A stretch of DNA of 26,052 nt from Clostridia bacterium (GTDB lineage: Bacteria; Bacillota; Sulfobacillia; Sulfobacillales; JAIMBI01), in the NCBI GenBank assembly GCA_049964315.1, contig JBMFXK010000002.1, positions 1 to 26,052 of the forward strand. Reading direction: 5' to 3'. Under the pieces are notes generated by a model, which did not search any database, was not told where the DNA came from, and saw only the letters and a program-made list of their open reading frames with translations. Positions within the stretch are counted from its first letter, which is position 1, and each line of letters starts with the position of its first letter. This document shows positions 1-8,585 of this stretch, one piece after another. The translations under genes were made by a program, and so were the position numbers.

Positions 1-2
1 GA

Positions 3-1016
3 GCGGCGCTGGATCTGGCGTCGGCGCGGATCCGCGCCTTTTTGGAAGCGACCCGCCCGCCCCGGGAGCAAAAGGGCCCCGCGGCCGACGGGATTCAAGC
101 CCGGGTGATCTGGGAGCCGCTGCGGCGCGTGGCCGTGTACGTGCCGGCGGGACGTTTCCCCCTGTGCTCGAGCGTGCTCATGGGCGCGATTCCGGCTCAG
201 GTGGCGGGAGTCGGGGACGTTGCCCTCATGACCCCTCCGCAGCGGAACGGGCAGCCGGATGCCGCGACGCTGGCCGTCGCGGCCCTGCTCGGCATCGACG
301 AGGTTTATGCCGTGGGTGGCGTACAGGCGATTGCCGCCGCCGCTTACGGGACCGAGACGGTCGGTCGGGTCGATGCCATTGTCGGGCCGGGCAACCGTTA
401 CGTGACGGAGGCCAAGCGCCAGGTTGCGGGCATCGTCCGCATCGACGGCCTGAACGGACCCTCCGAGGTGGTCATCTGGGGGGATCATTCCGTATCGGCC
501 CGGCAGGCGGCGCTCGACCTCCTGGCCCAGGCCGAGCACGATCCGGAAAGCTGGGCCCTGGTCTTGAGCCACCAGACGGAATGGCTGGACGCGGTTGGAG
601 GGTGGGCTGAGAGGCTGGGCCGCGAGTTGCTGGCTCAACCGGGCGTCGGCGCGGTCGAGGTGGCGACCCCCGATGAGGCGGCGGTGTTCGTGAACGACTT
701 CGCTCCCGAACATCTAGAACTCTGGGGTGGCGCCGTCGGCCATGCGGACCGCATCACCTCCGCCGGGGCCACGTTTCTCGACTGCCCCACCCCGCTGGGT
801 GATTATGTCGCGGGCCCGAACCATGTCCTGCCCACCGGCGGACAGGCGCGCCGGGCCTCGGTCCTGGGCGTGGAGGATTTTCTCCGCCGGCGCACCGAAA
901 CCCGCGTCGTGAGCGACGCTGGCCGTGTCATCGAGGCCGGGGCGCAGCTGGCTAGGGCGGAGGGTCTGGAGCGTCACCGGGCTGCCCTGCTCGCGTTCCA
1001 GAAGGGCACCGTATGA
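3..1016 (+). CDS. hisD: Histidinol dehydrogenase, 5' end truncated by the window edge
   Basis: Frame is open from base 3 (AALDLASARIRAFLE...). HisD motifs IDGLNGPSEV, LLAQAEHDP, APEHLEL and GDYVAGPNHVLPT. Stop overlaps the hisB start (ATGA). Confidence 0.95.
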   Translation, partial: AALDLASARIRAFLEATRPPREQKGPAADGIQARVIWEPLRRVAVYVPAGRFPLCSSVLMGAIPAQVAGVGDVALMTPPQRNGQPDAATLAVAALLGIDEVYAVGGVQAIAAAAYGTETVGRVDAIVGPGNRYVTEAKRQVAGIVRIDGLNGPSEVVIWGDHSVSARQAALDLLAQAEHDPESWALVLSHQTEWLDAVGGWAERLGRELLAQPGVGAVEVATPDEAAVFVNDFAPEHLELWGGAVGHADRITSAGATFLDCPTPLGDYVAGPNHVLPTGGQARRASVLGVEDFLRRRTETRVVSDAGRVIEAGAQLARAEGLERHRAALLAFQKGTV

Positions 1017-1615
1017 GGGCGGCGAATGTCCGGACTCCCACCGCTGTAACCCGAACGACCCGCGAGACAGATGTCCAGGTGATCTTGGGGTCCGACGCCC
1101 CCGGCCTCGATGTGGCGGTTCCGATCTTCCAACACTTCTTGAACGCGTGCCTCACGACGTGGGGCTGCCCTGCGCGGGTTGAGGCCCGGGGCGATGTCGA
1201 CGTCGACCCGCACCATCTGGTGGAAGACGTCGGGCTCGTGCTGGGGCGGGCCCTGGCCGAACACTGGCCAGGTTACCGCGACATTGCCCGCTACGGGTGG
1301 GCCGTGGTGGCGATGGACGACGCTCGCGCCGAAGTGGCGCTGGACCTGTCAGGACGTGCCGGATGCTGGCTCGAGAAGGTGCCAGACGGCGCGGTCAATG
1401 GACTCGAGTCTGAGGTCTTAGGCGAGTTCTGGCAAGGTGTTGCCCGCGGCGGGGAGCTGACGCTCCACTTGAACATTCCGGCCGGGAACAGCCGCCACCA
1501 TCGCTGGGAGGCCGCCTTCAAGGCACTGGGACTGGCCCTGCGGCAAGCGACAGAACCCCGAGAGGGGACGCTCAGCACGAAGGGGGTGATTCGCCATGCG
1601 GGTCGCGATCATTGA
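1013..1615 (+). CDS. hisB: Imidazoleglycerol-phosphate dehydratase (monofunctional)
   Basis: R-T-T-R-E-T-D start, two metal-binding motifs DPHHLVEDVG and NSRHHRWEAAFKA, C-terminal STKGV. Lies between hisD and hisH. Confidence 0.96.
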   Translation: MRAANVRTPTAVTRTTRETDVQVILGSDAPGLDVAVPIFQHFLNACLTTWGCPARVEARGDVDVDPHHLVEDVGLVLGRALAEHWPGYRDIARYGWAVVAMDDARAEVALDLSGRAGCWLEKVPDGAVNGLESEVLGEFWQGVARGGELTLHLNIPAGNSRHHRWEAAFKALGLALRQATEPREGTLSTKGVIRHAGRDH

Positions 1616-2204
1616 TCTGGGATTCGGGAATTTGAACTCCGTGCGCTGGGCCCTGGAGCGATTGGGAGCGGAGGCGGTGATCACGGGGGACGCTGATACA
1701 GTTCTGGCCGCTGACGCCATCGTGGTGCCGGGGGTGGGCCATTTCGCGGCGGCCTCGGCGCGGCTGGCCGACACCGGTCTCGACACGGTCATCTGGCGCC
1801 GCGCTGGCGCCGTGCCGCTCCTCGGGATCTGCCTCGGCATGCAGATCCTGTTTGACCGCTCGGAAGAGGGTGGACGGGGCCTCGGCCTCCTCCCGGGTGC
1901 GGTGACCCGGCTGCGCGACCCGGCAGGGCCGCTCCCCCACGTGGGCTGGAACGCGGTTCAGGTGTCGGCCGCCGCAGGCATCATGGCGCGAGCGGGGGCG
2001 GGCGACGCGTACTTCTGCCACACCTATGCCGTCCGACCTGAGGATGCCCTGCTGGCCGCCGCCTTCACCGACTACGGCGATCGATTTGTCAGTGCGGTGC
2101 AGAAGGGCGTGGTGTGCGGCGTGCAGTTTCACCCGGAGCGGAGCGCCGCGTACGGAGCCGCAGTTCTGAAAGCATTTTTGGGACTGGCGCAATGTTCACG
2201 GTGA
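1596..2204 (+). CDS. hisH: Imidazole glycerol phosphate synthase, glutamine amidotransferase subunit
   Basis: IIDLGFGNLNSV, VPGVGHF, catalytic GICLGMQ and QFHPE motifs. Confidence 0.97.
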   Translation: MRVAIIDLGFGNLNSVRWALERLGAEAVITGDADTVLAADAIVVPGVGHFAAASARLADTGLDTVIWRRAGAVPLLGICLGMQILFDRSEEGGRGLGLLPGAVTRLRDPAGPLPHVGWNAVQVSAAAGIMARAGAGDAYFCHTYAVRPEDALLAAAFTDYGDRFVSAVQKGVVCGVQFHPERSAAYGAAVLKAFLGLAQCSR

Positions 2205-2896
2205 CGCCCGCCATAGATGTGGCGGGCGGTCGGGTGGTCCGGCTGTATCAGGGCTCGCCGGCGGCCATGACAGTCTACAACCAGGATCCGGTGGCCCAGG
2301 CCGCTTACTTTGTGGACGCGGGAGCACCCGCCCTTCACGTAGTGGATCTGGACGGCGCCTTTGGCCATCCGGGCTTGTCCGCGGAGAGCGTCCGCGACAT
2401 CGTGGCCCTGGGCGCTCCGGTCGAACTCGGGGGCGGCATCCGCACACTGGCGGCCGTGGCGCGATGGCTTGACTTCGGCGTGTCGCGGGTGCTGGTGGGG
2501 TCGGCGGTGCAAGACAGGACGCTGCTGGCCGCCATGGCGCGAGAGGCCGGTCCCGGCCGCCTCGCGGTGTCACTCGACATCCGGTCCGAACGGCTGGCAG
2601 TCCAAGGCTGGCGCGTTACGTCCGGCCTTGACGCCTCCCAAGTGGCGGAATCCCTTCGGGACGTCGGCCTCAATCAGTTGGTGGTGACGGCCGTGGAGCG
2701 AGACGGAACCGAACTGGGACCGGACTTGGCCCTGGTCCAAGCCTGGGTCTCGGCCGGTTTCCGCGTCACAGGAGCCGGCGGCGTCCGCCACGTCCACGAT
2801 CTTCGCGCGTTGAAGGCCGTACACGCAGAAGGCGCCGTCGTCGGGCGCGCCTTCTACGAGGGCCGCCTGACTATGAGGGAGGCACTGGTATGTTGA
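2192..2896 (+). CDS. hisA: ProFAR isomerase (HisA)
   Basis: PAIDVAGGRVVRL, LHVVDLDGA, GGGIR and RDGT motifs. Start placed at the ATG at 2192, overlapping the hisH 3' end, rather than the ORF-track start at 2114. Confidence 0.95.
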   Translation: MFTVTPAIDVAGGRVVRLYQGSPAAMTVYNQDPVAQAAYFVDAGAPALHVVDLDGAFGHPGLSAESVRDIVALGAPVELGGGIRTLAAVARWLDFGVSRVLVGSAVQDRTLLAAMAREAGPGRLAVSLDIRSERLAVQGWRVTSGLDASQVAESLRDVGLNQLVVTAVERDGTELGPDLALVQAWVSAGFRVTGAGGVRHVHDLRALKAVHAEGAVVGRAFYEGRLTMREALVC

Positions 2897-3648
2897 GGCC
2901 CCGGCTCCTTGCGTGCCTGGACGTGGCCGCAGACCGTGTGGTGAAGGGCCGGCGCTTTGAGGCGCTGGAGCAATTCGGGCGGCCCGAGGAATTGGCCCGT
3001 TGCTATCAGGACCAGGGCGCCGATGAAGTGGTGCTGCTCGACATCACCGCCACGCGAGAGCGGCGCGGGCCCGACCTGACGACGGTCAACCGGGTGGCCC
3101 GGACATTGTCCATCCCGTTGACGGTTGGCGGCGGACTCACGACTGCGGAGCAGGTCGGGCGCGTTCTCGCCGCCGGTGCGGATAAGACCTCCATTAACAC
3201 ATCCGCACTGAGCCGCCCGGAGCTGCTCCGGGAGGTGGCTGACCGTTACGGGACCCAGGCGGTCGTGGTGGCCGTGGATATACGCCAGCAGGGCCCGGGG
3301 TGGCGTGTCTACGGGCATGGCGGCCAAACCGCCACCGCCTGGACACTTGATGCCTGGCTGCGCGAGGCCGAGACTCTGGGAGCAGGCGAGGTGCTCCTCA
3401 CCTCCATCGACCGCGACGGCACCGGCCAGGGCTACGACATCGCCGCACTGGACGCCGCATCCCACGCGACATCCCGACCGCTCATCGCCTCGGGAGGCGG
3501 AGCCCGGCCGGCTGACCTGGAACTGGCCCTTCGGGTTCCCGGGGTGACGGCCGTGCTGGTGGCTGGAGTCCTGCACCGCGGCGAGACCACCGTCATGGCC
3601 TTGAAACGGGCTCTGGGGGCCAGGGGGCTCATCCTCCGTGGTGCATGA
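2890..3648 (+). CDS. hisF: Imidazole glycerol phosphate synthase, cyclase subunit
   Basis: CLDVAADRVVKG, GADEVVLLDITA, IPLTVGGG, LLTSIDRDGT and IASGG motifs. Confidence 0.97.
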   Translation: MLRPRLLACLDVAADRVVKGRRFEALEQFGRPEELARCYQDQGADEVVLLDITATRERRGPDLTTVNRVARTLSIPLTVGGGLTTAEQVGRVLAAGADKTSINTSALSRPELLREVADRYGTQAVVVAVDIRQQGPGWRVYGHGGQTATAWTLDAWLREAETLGAGEVLLTSIDRDGTGQGYDIAALDAASHATSRPLIASGGGARPADLELALRVPGVTAVLVAGVLHRGETTVMALKRALGARGLILRGA

Positions 3649-4243
3649 AGCCATGCCCGACCTCCTGCCGGTCGTGGTGCAGGATGTGGATACCGGGGCT
3701 GTGCTGATGGTGGCCTGGACCAACGCCGAAGCTCGCCGCCGGTCCGAGGAGACCGGGCGGGCTCACTTCTGGAGCCGGTCGCGGGGCGCGCTCTGGGACA
3801 AGGGCGCCACCTCGGGCCAGGTACTCCGGCTGGTGACCGTCCGTGAAGACTGCGACCAGGATGCCCTCCTGTACCAGGTCAGGGCGCCGCATGGCGCCTG
3901 TCACACCGGCCGTGCCAGCTGCTTCGGGGACGTTGAAACCGCCGTGTCCATGCTGGGCCGCCTGTTCCACATCCAGGAGGAGCGCCGAAACCACCCGTCT
4001 GCGGATCCATCGTACACGCGGTGTCTCGCTGCAGGCGGCATTGACCGGGTCCTGCGCAAGGTGGGTGAAGAGGCGGCCGAATTCCTGGTGGCCTGCAAGA
4101 ATCAGGATCCCGAAGAGGTGCGCGCCGAGGCTGCCGACGTTCTCTACCACCTCTGGCTCGCGCTGCACCTCTCGCACGTGAGCCTGGCCGAAGTCAGCCA
4201 GGAACTGGCCCGGCGCCATGAGCAAACGGGAGCAAGGCCGTGA
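3638..4243 (+). CDS. hisIE: Bifunctional phosphoribosyl-AMP cyclohydrolase / phosphoribosyl-ATP pyrophosphatase
   Basis: HisI motifs FWSRSR, WDKGATSG, DCDQDALL and ACHTGRASCF. HisE motifs KVGEEAAE and EAADVLYH. Confidence 0.96.
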   Translation: MVHEAMPDLLPVVVQDVDTGAVLMVAWTNAEARRRSEETGRAHFWSRSRGALWDKGATSGQVLRLVTVREDCDQDALLYQVRAPHGACHTGRASCFGDVETAVSMLGRLFHIQEERRNHPSADPSYTRCLAAGGIDRVLRKVGEEAAEFLVACKNQDPEEVRAEAADVLYHLWLALHLSHVSLAEVSQELARRHEQTGARP

Positions 4244-4505
4244 AATCCGCTCGCCGGTATGTGACGGTGCTCGGCGTGGTCACCCTTGCGCTCGACGGCC
4301 TCCCCGATGCATGTCGGATCGCGCCGTGCAAGGGACACCCACAGCCCGCTACGAACGACGGCCGGATCACGGGCCAGGGCGAGGGAGCACCCGTGCCGGC
4401 CAGGCGGCTCCATCGTCTGCGACAGGATTCTGCGAAGGTCAACGCGTGGGGTGCGGCCGCCCGAAAGTGACGCGCTTGGTCTACGCTCTGGGGCGCGACC
4501 ACTAA
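4244..4505 (+). pseudogene. Possible degraded IS110-family transposase C-terminal fragment
   Basis: Three successive frames give MHVGSRR..SPLRTTA / RRLHRLRQDSAKVNAWGAAARK / VTRLVYALGRDH. This resembles the IS110 C-terminus (ISKRG.P.LR ... Y.RL...GK...A..A.ARKL...IYA.LRD). Recognised by eye only. Confidence 0.35.
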
Positions 4506-4513
4506 CCCCCAGA

Positions 4514-4535
4514 CCGGAGCTGCGGGATGCTCCGG
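4514..4535. terminator. Hairpin between the convergent his operon and ABC permease
   Basis: Perfect 7-bp stem CCGGAGC-N8-GCTCCGG. No clear U-tract on either strand. Confidence 0.25.
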
Positions 4536-4593
4536 AGCGCCATCCAAGACCAGGCTGGGCATATCCACCGAGTCACGTCTGCGCGGGGCCGCC

Positions 4594-5364
4594 TCAGTAG
4601 TGTCCCAGGATGCCGCGGCGGCGGGCCACCCGATCCGCCGCCCGGAACGCCACGCCGCCCACCACGAACGTGACCGACAGATTCATGAGGGCCTCGACCC
4701 ATTGCATGGTTTCCGGCAGCCTCCCGCCCAGCACATCGTGCAGCACCGTCACCTGCGCCGCGAACGGCACCACCATCGCCGCTAGGTGCCAGCCCCATCC
4801 GGCCAGTGCGGCCACCGGCGACAGGATGATAAACAGGAGCAGGAACTGTACGACCTGCAGGACCTGGCCCACCCTTTTCAGCACGAGGGCGGCCGAGGCC
4901 ACGACGAGCCCGAGGCCCCAGGCCGTTCCGAGGATCATGGCCACCGGTACGAATGCGGCAGGGGTCCAGATGAAGTGGACGTGGGTCAGCAGGATGAGGC
5001 CGACGATGACCACTACGATGGGCACGAGGCTCCCGATCAGGGTGGTGAGGGCGCGCACCAGGAAGAGCCAGAATGACGCCCACGGAACCAGCATCACCTG
5101 TTCCAGGGTTCCGTTCTGAGCCTCGTTCTGCACCGACCAGCCCATGTCCCCGGTCGCGGCCATCATGATCATCCAGACCGCATACCCGAGCACGACGGTC
5201 GTGAGCCGGCCGGTTCCGATCGGCGAGTTGGTGATATAGCGCGCGCCGTAGAAGAGGCCCGCGAATATGAGGAACATGGTGAACATGGCCGACAGGCTTT
5301 CGACCGGATACCGCACCATCTCCGCAATGGTGCGCCGCCACTCCGCCACCACCAGTGCCCTCAC
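4594..5364 (-). CDS. ABC-2 type transporter permease (256 aa)
   Basis: About six hydrophobic segments and an EAQNGTLEQVML motif typical of ABC-2 permeases. GTG start at 5364 overlaps the ATPase stop (GTGA) and follows GGAGGT. Confidence 0.88.
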   Translation of the reverse strand: MRALVVAEWRRTIAEMVRYPVESLSAMFTMFLIFAGLFYGARYITNSPIGTGRLTTVVLGYAVWMIMMAATGDMGWSVQNEAQNGTLEQVMLVPWASFWLFLVRALTTLIGSLVPIVVVIVGLILLTHVHFIWTPAAFVPVAMILGTAWGLGLVVASAALVLKRVGQVLQVVQFLLLFIILSPVAALAGWGWHLAAMVVPFAAQVTVLHDVLGGRLPETMQWVEALMNLSVTFVVGGVAFRAADRVARRRGILGHY

Positions 5365-6326
5365 GGCGCCTGCACCTCCATCACTTCCCGGAATACCTCC
5401 GTGAGGTCTGCCTGATGGCGCTCCACCTTCACCAGTGGATGCGGCGCCAGCCGCTCCAGGACACGGTAGACCGTGGTGTCCGTCGGCGAGTCCAGCTGGA
5501 AGTGCAGCGTGTCCGGCCCGGTGACAGACACCGGCAGCCCGTCCATCCGCACATAGATGTCGGGAGGCCACGGCTCCGCGGCATACACCGTCATCATGGG
5601 CCGGGAGTACTGAGCCAGGACATCGACCGTGGGGCCGTCCAGAACGAGTCGCCCCGCCCGGATGATGGCCACGCGGTTACTGAGCTCCTGCGCGATGTCC
5701 AGCTGATGGGTGGTGAGCAGGATGGCGGTCCCCTCCCGGGCCAGTTCCCGGATCATGTTCTTGATGCCCACACTGGACTCAAAGTCGAGCCCCAGTGTGG
5801 GTTCGTCCAGGAGGAGGACCTGAGGGCGATGGATAAGGGCCTGACAGAGAGCCACCTTCTGCTGCATCCCGCGCGAGAGCGTCTGCACCGTACTGCGAGC
5901 CCGACTCGAAAGGCCGACCCGTTCCAGCAGCGCTTCTGCACGCCTGCGCGCCTCTCGTGGCGGGACCCGGCGGATGGAGGCCCAATACTGGAGGTTCTCC
6001 ATGACGGTGAGGCGCCAGTAAAGGTTCCGGCTGCCTTCGAGGACGGCACCCAGCCGGGCCGTAACCCAGTCGTGGGCCACATCAAGCGCACGACCCTCCA
6101 CCACCACCCGACCCTGGTCGGGGGCGACGAGGCCCGCCACCATCTTGATGGTGGTGGTCTTGCCGGCCCCGTTGGGGCCTAGAAAGGCCAGCACCTCTCC
6201 TGCGTCCACGCTGAAGGTAATGCCCTGAACCGCCGGAATGCGTCCGGTCCGGGTCTGAAACTGCTTGGCGAGATCCGAGACCTCGAGTGTGGAAGGCGTC
6301 GCGCGCTCCCCATTGCCAGTTTCCAT
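5361..6326 (-). CDS. ABC transporter ATP-binding protein (exporter type)
   Basis: Walker A GPNGAGKT, signature LSRGMQQK, Walker B LLLDEPT, H-loop TTH. Confidence 0.95.
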   Translation of the reverse strand: METGNGERATPSTLEVSDLAKQFQTRTGRIPAVQGITFSVDAGEVLAFLGPNGAGKTTTIKMVAGLVAPDQGRVVVEGRALDVAHDWVTARLGAVLEGSRNLYWRLTVMENLQYWASIRRVPPREARRRAEALLERVGLSSRARSTVQTLSRGMQQKVALCQALIHRPQVLLLDEPTLGLDFESSVGIKNMIRELAREGTAILLTTHQLDIAQELSNRVAIIRAGRLVLDGPTVDVLAQYSRPMMTVYAAEPWPPDIYVRMDGLPVSVTGPDTLHFQLDSPTDTTVYRVLERLAPHPLVKVERHQADLTEVFREVMEVQAP

Positions 6327-6584
6327 ACGATTACCCTAGCCCATCACCAGCGAAGGTCCTATTGTCCTTGAGGCCAACATTGGGCTATCGGGACCAGCGC
6401 CTTGGAATCACACGCCGGATGGATGTGGAGGCCCACACGGCCTCCCTGGCGCCTACCCTTTGCCGATGGCGGTTGGGCCCACCAGGGCTTGATGAGCCAC
6501 CGCACCAGCGTGAGGCGGCTTCGCCCCGTTGCCACAACCGCCTCGGTGGACCCGAACTACGGGGGTTACGCTGCTGGAGTCATC

Positions 6585-7751
6585 TCACATAGCCGGAATC
6601 GGAACAGATGCAAGCGTACGTTGCAGCTGTTCCATAGAAACGGGCTTTACAAGGTGGTAGGCAAATTCCGACACTCCGGGGCACCCCCCGTCGTCCCCCA
6701 GGTTCCGGTCGCTCAACGCGACCAAGGCTACATCCTGATAGTCCGAATGCTGGCGAATCCTCTTCGCGACTTGATAGCCGTCCAGAGGAGCCATGGTAAT
6801 GGCAAGAAGCGCAACCGTCGGCCGGAAAGCATGCATCAGATCGAGAATGCGCCGCCCATCAGTGGCAGTCGCCACTTCCATCCCCATCTGCGTAAGCGCT
6901 TCGGCAAGAAGGTCGACAAGGTCAGCATTGTCGTCCACGACCAGCACGCGGTGGGGAGGGGCAGATTGCAGAGAGTGGGGCGGGGTGGAGTTATCAACCG
7001 CACCGGTGCTTGCGAGCGGCAGGGTTACCACGAACGTGCTCCCGCGCCCCGGTCCGTCACTAATCACCTCGACGACTCCCCCGTGAAGCTTCACGATGGA
7101 GGCCACCAACGTCAGTCCGACGCCAATTCCTTCAGTGTCTCTATGCTCCGGTCGGCTCCAGAACCCATCAAAAACGTAGGGCAATTCCTCGGCGGGGATG
7201 CCAACCCCCGTGTCGGCCACCGTAACCCGCGCCACCCCCTCGGCGGATTCTGCGTAAATCTCGATACGGCCGCCCGCAGGGGTGAACTTGCAGGCATTAT
7301 CCACCAGATTCGCGACTACCTGCGTCAGTCTAAGGGGATCTGCCTCGAGAACTATGGGGGCGTGCGGGAGGGAGATCGTGACTGTCAGACCCGCGCGCTC
7401 CGCAAGGGGCATGGCAACCGTCATGGCCTGCTGAATCACGTCCTGCAGAACGGTCGGCGCCTTGTGGAGATGGAGTTTCCCCTGGTCAAGCCGGGCCACA
7501 TCCAATACGCCATGCACCAGCCCCGAAAGGTGATCCAGTTGCCGCTCCAGTAAGCTCCACATCGGCTGCGCCAGGCCGTCATCACTAAGCTGTTGGCGTA
7601 GCTGCTGCACGCTAAGCTGGATGGCGGCGAGCGGGTTCCGCAATTCATGGGCCAACGTGGTCAGAAGGCGGGTGCTGCGCCGGGTGGTTGCCAGAACGTC
7701 CTCCTCACAGGGCCAGTTAACGGCTCCATCCGACTTGGCCCGTGGCGCCAT
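6585..7751 (-). CDS. Hybrid histidine kinase (HisKA-HATPase-receiver-like), no evident sensor domain
   Basis: H-box LAHELRNPL, N-box NLVDNACKFT, G1 DTGVGI, G2 GIGVGL. Receiver RVLVVDD...LVKP. Start placed at ATG 7751 after AGGCGG; the frame stays open to 7982, so the start is uncertain. Confidence 0.88.
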   Translation of the reverse strand: MAPRAKSDGAVNWPCEEDVLATTRRSTRLLTTLAHELRNPLAAIQLSVQQLRQQLSDDGLAQPMWSLLERQLDHLSGLVHGVLDVARLDQGKLHLHKAPTVLQDVIQQAMTVAMPLAERAGLTVTISLPHAPIVLEADPLRLTQVVANLVDNACKFTPAGGRIEIYAESAEGVARVTVADTGVGIPAEELPYVFDGFWSRPEHRDTEGIGVGLTLVASIVKLHGGVVEVISDGPGRGSTFVVTLPLASTGAVDNSTPPHSLQSAPPHRVLVVDDNADLVDLLAEALTQMGMEVATATDGRRILDLMHAFRPTVALLAITMAPLDGYQVAKRIRQHSDYQDVALVALSDRNLGDDGGCPGVSEFAYHLVKPVSMEQLQRTLASVPIPAM

Positions 7752-8174
7752 CGTGCCGCCTAGGTCCGAATGCCCGCAGAATGGCGGACTCTTGCTGGCA
7801 GTATCCGTTTCACGATATCTGTGCTCGAGCTGGAATAGGGTCTTCGGCGGAGACCCATCGGGGAGACGCGTCTTGCGAACGCACTTCTGCTCCGAGTCCC
7901 TCGTCCTGCGCTCAGCCATGTACTCGTGGTCCTTCCCGTCACCCGAGTTCAAAATCAGTTCCCGGCTACATCGAGGACACACCGGAATAGTATCCGGTCA
8001 CGTTCCTTGGCTCGATGAGCGGTTCACGCCCCCTCCTCCAACCAGGGGCCCGAATGGATAACCGCCAGGAGCAGGCCACGTTCCTCCTGCACGCCGATAA
8101 CGCTCGCACCCGGACGAAACAATCAACAACACTTTCAAAGTGATCCGTCGGTATCCGTCCGAAGCCGCTCTAAC

Positions 8175-8202
8175 TTAAAGGGGGGTGACAGTCGTCACCC
8201 CC
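8175..8202 (-). terminator. Likely intrinsic terminator downstream of the small peptide gene
   Basis: Perfect 9-bp stem (minus strand GGGGGTGAC-GACT-GTCACCCCC) followed by CTTTAA, about 85 nt after the peptide stop. Short U-tract. Confidence 0.5.
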
Positions 8203-8285
8203 GGACATGCCGTCTCCCACCGTGTCTACGCCCACTCTCGGGTCCCTTCACGGGCCCTACCCTGGCGACCGCACGTGAGCGTCAT

Positions 8286-8447
8286 CTAGCAAAGAGGCGG
8301 GAACCCTGGATCAGTGCAATATGGACTAGGCTGGCCAATCGCAATCACACTCGAGTGCATCGTCAACGGAACTGGCGAAATCCGAGCCGTCCCCATCAAC
8401 GCTGCAAGAACCGTAACCACAGATAGGATGGACAAGAACCGTTTCAT
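8286..8447 (-). CDS. Small secreted peptide precursor (53 aa), candidate signalling propeptide; not in the ORF track
   Basis: Manual translation: MKRFLSILSVVTVLAALMGTARISPVPLTMHSSVIAIGQPSPYCTDPGFPPLC*. Basic N-terminus plus hydrophobic core (signal-peptide-like). SD-like AAAGTAGTGA 5 nt upstream. Divergent from the XRE-TPR gene and followed by a hairpin. Confidence 0.75.
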   Translation of the reverse strand: MKRFLSILSVVTVLAALMGTARISPVPLTMHSSVIAIGQPSPYCTDPGFPPLC

Positions 8448-8528
8448 CAGGCTCACTACTTTCTAATGATGCAAGCGGAAACCGCCGATGAGATGCTTAC
8501 ACGATTCGCTTAGGGTGGTATCCATTCC

Positions 8529-8570
8529 TGGCATTTGCAATTCGGGTTTGTTAACCTTGCGTTCGCAAGG
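8529..8570 (+). promoter_or_regulatory. Putative sigma-A promoter of the XRE-TPR gene with an overlapping palindromic operator
   Basis: TGGCAT (8529-8534), 17-nt spacer, TAACCT (8552-8557) preceded by an extended -10 TG (8549-8550). Perfect inverted repeat CCTTGCG-TT-CGCAAGG (8555-8570) directly before the RBS AAGGAGAG. Confidence 0.35.
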
Positions 8571-8585
8571 AAAGGAGAGCGTGCG

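Noticed and set aside
4240-4470. 76-aa ORF coupled to the hisIE stop as a real extra his-operon gene
   Set aside because: No recognisable family. Better explained as part of a frameshifted transposase-like remnant or as chance.
6402-7553. 383-aa plus-strand ORF and other long overlapping ORFs (e.g. 2854-3723, 5355-6182, 11322-12134, 13749-14663, 23432-24568)
   Set aside because: They overlap well-supported genes on the opposite strand or frame and have Arg/Pro/Gly-rich shadow composition typical of high-GC DNA.
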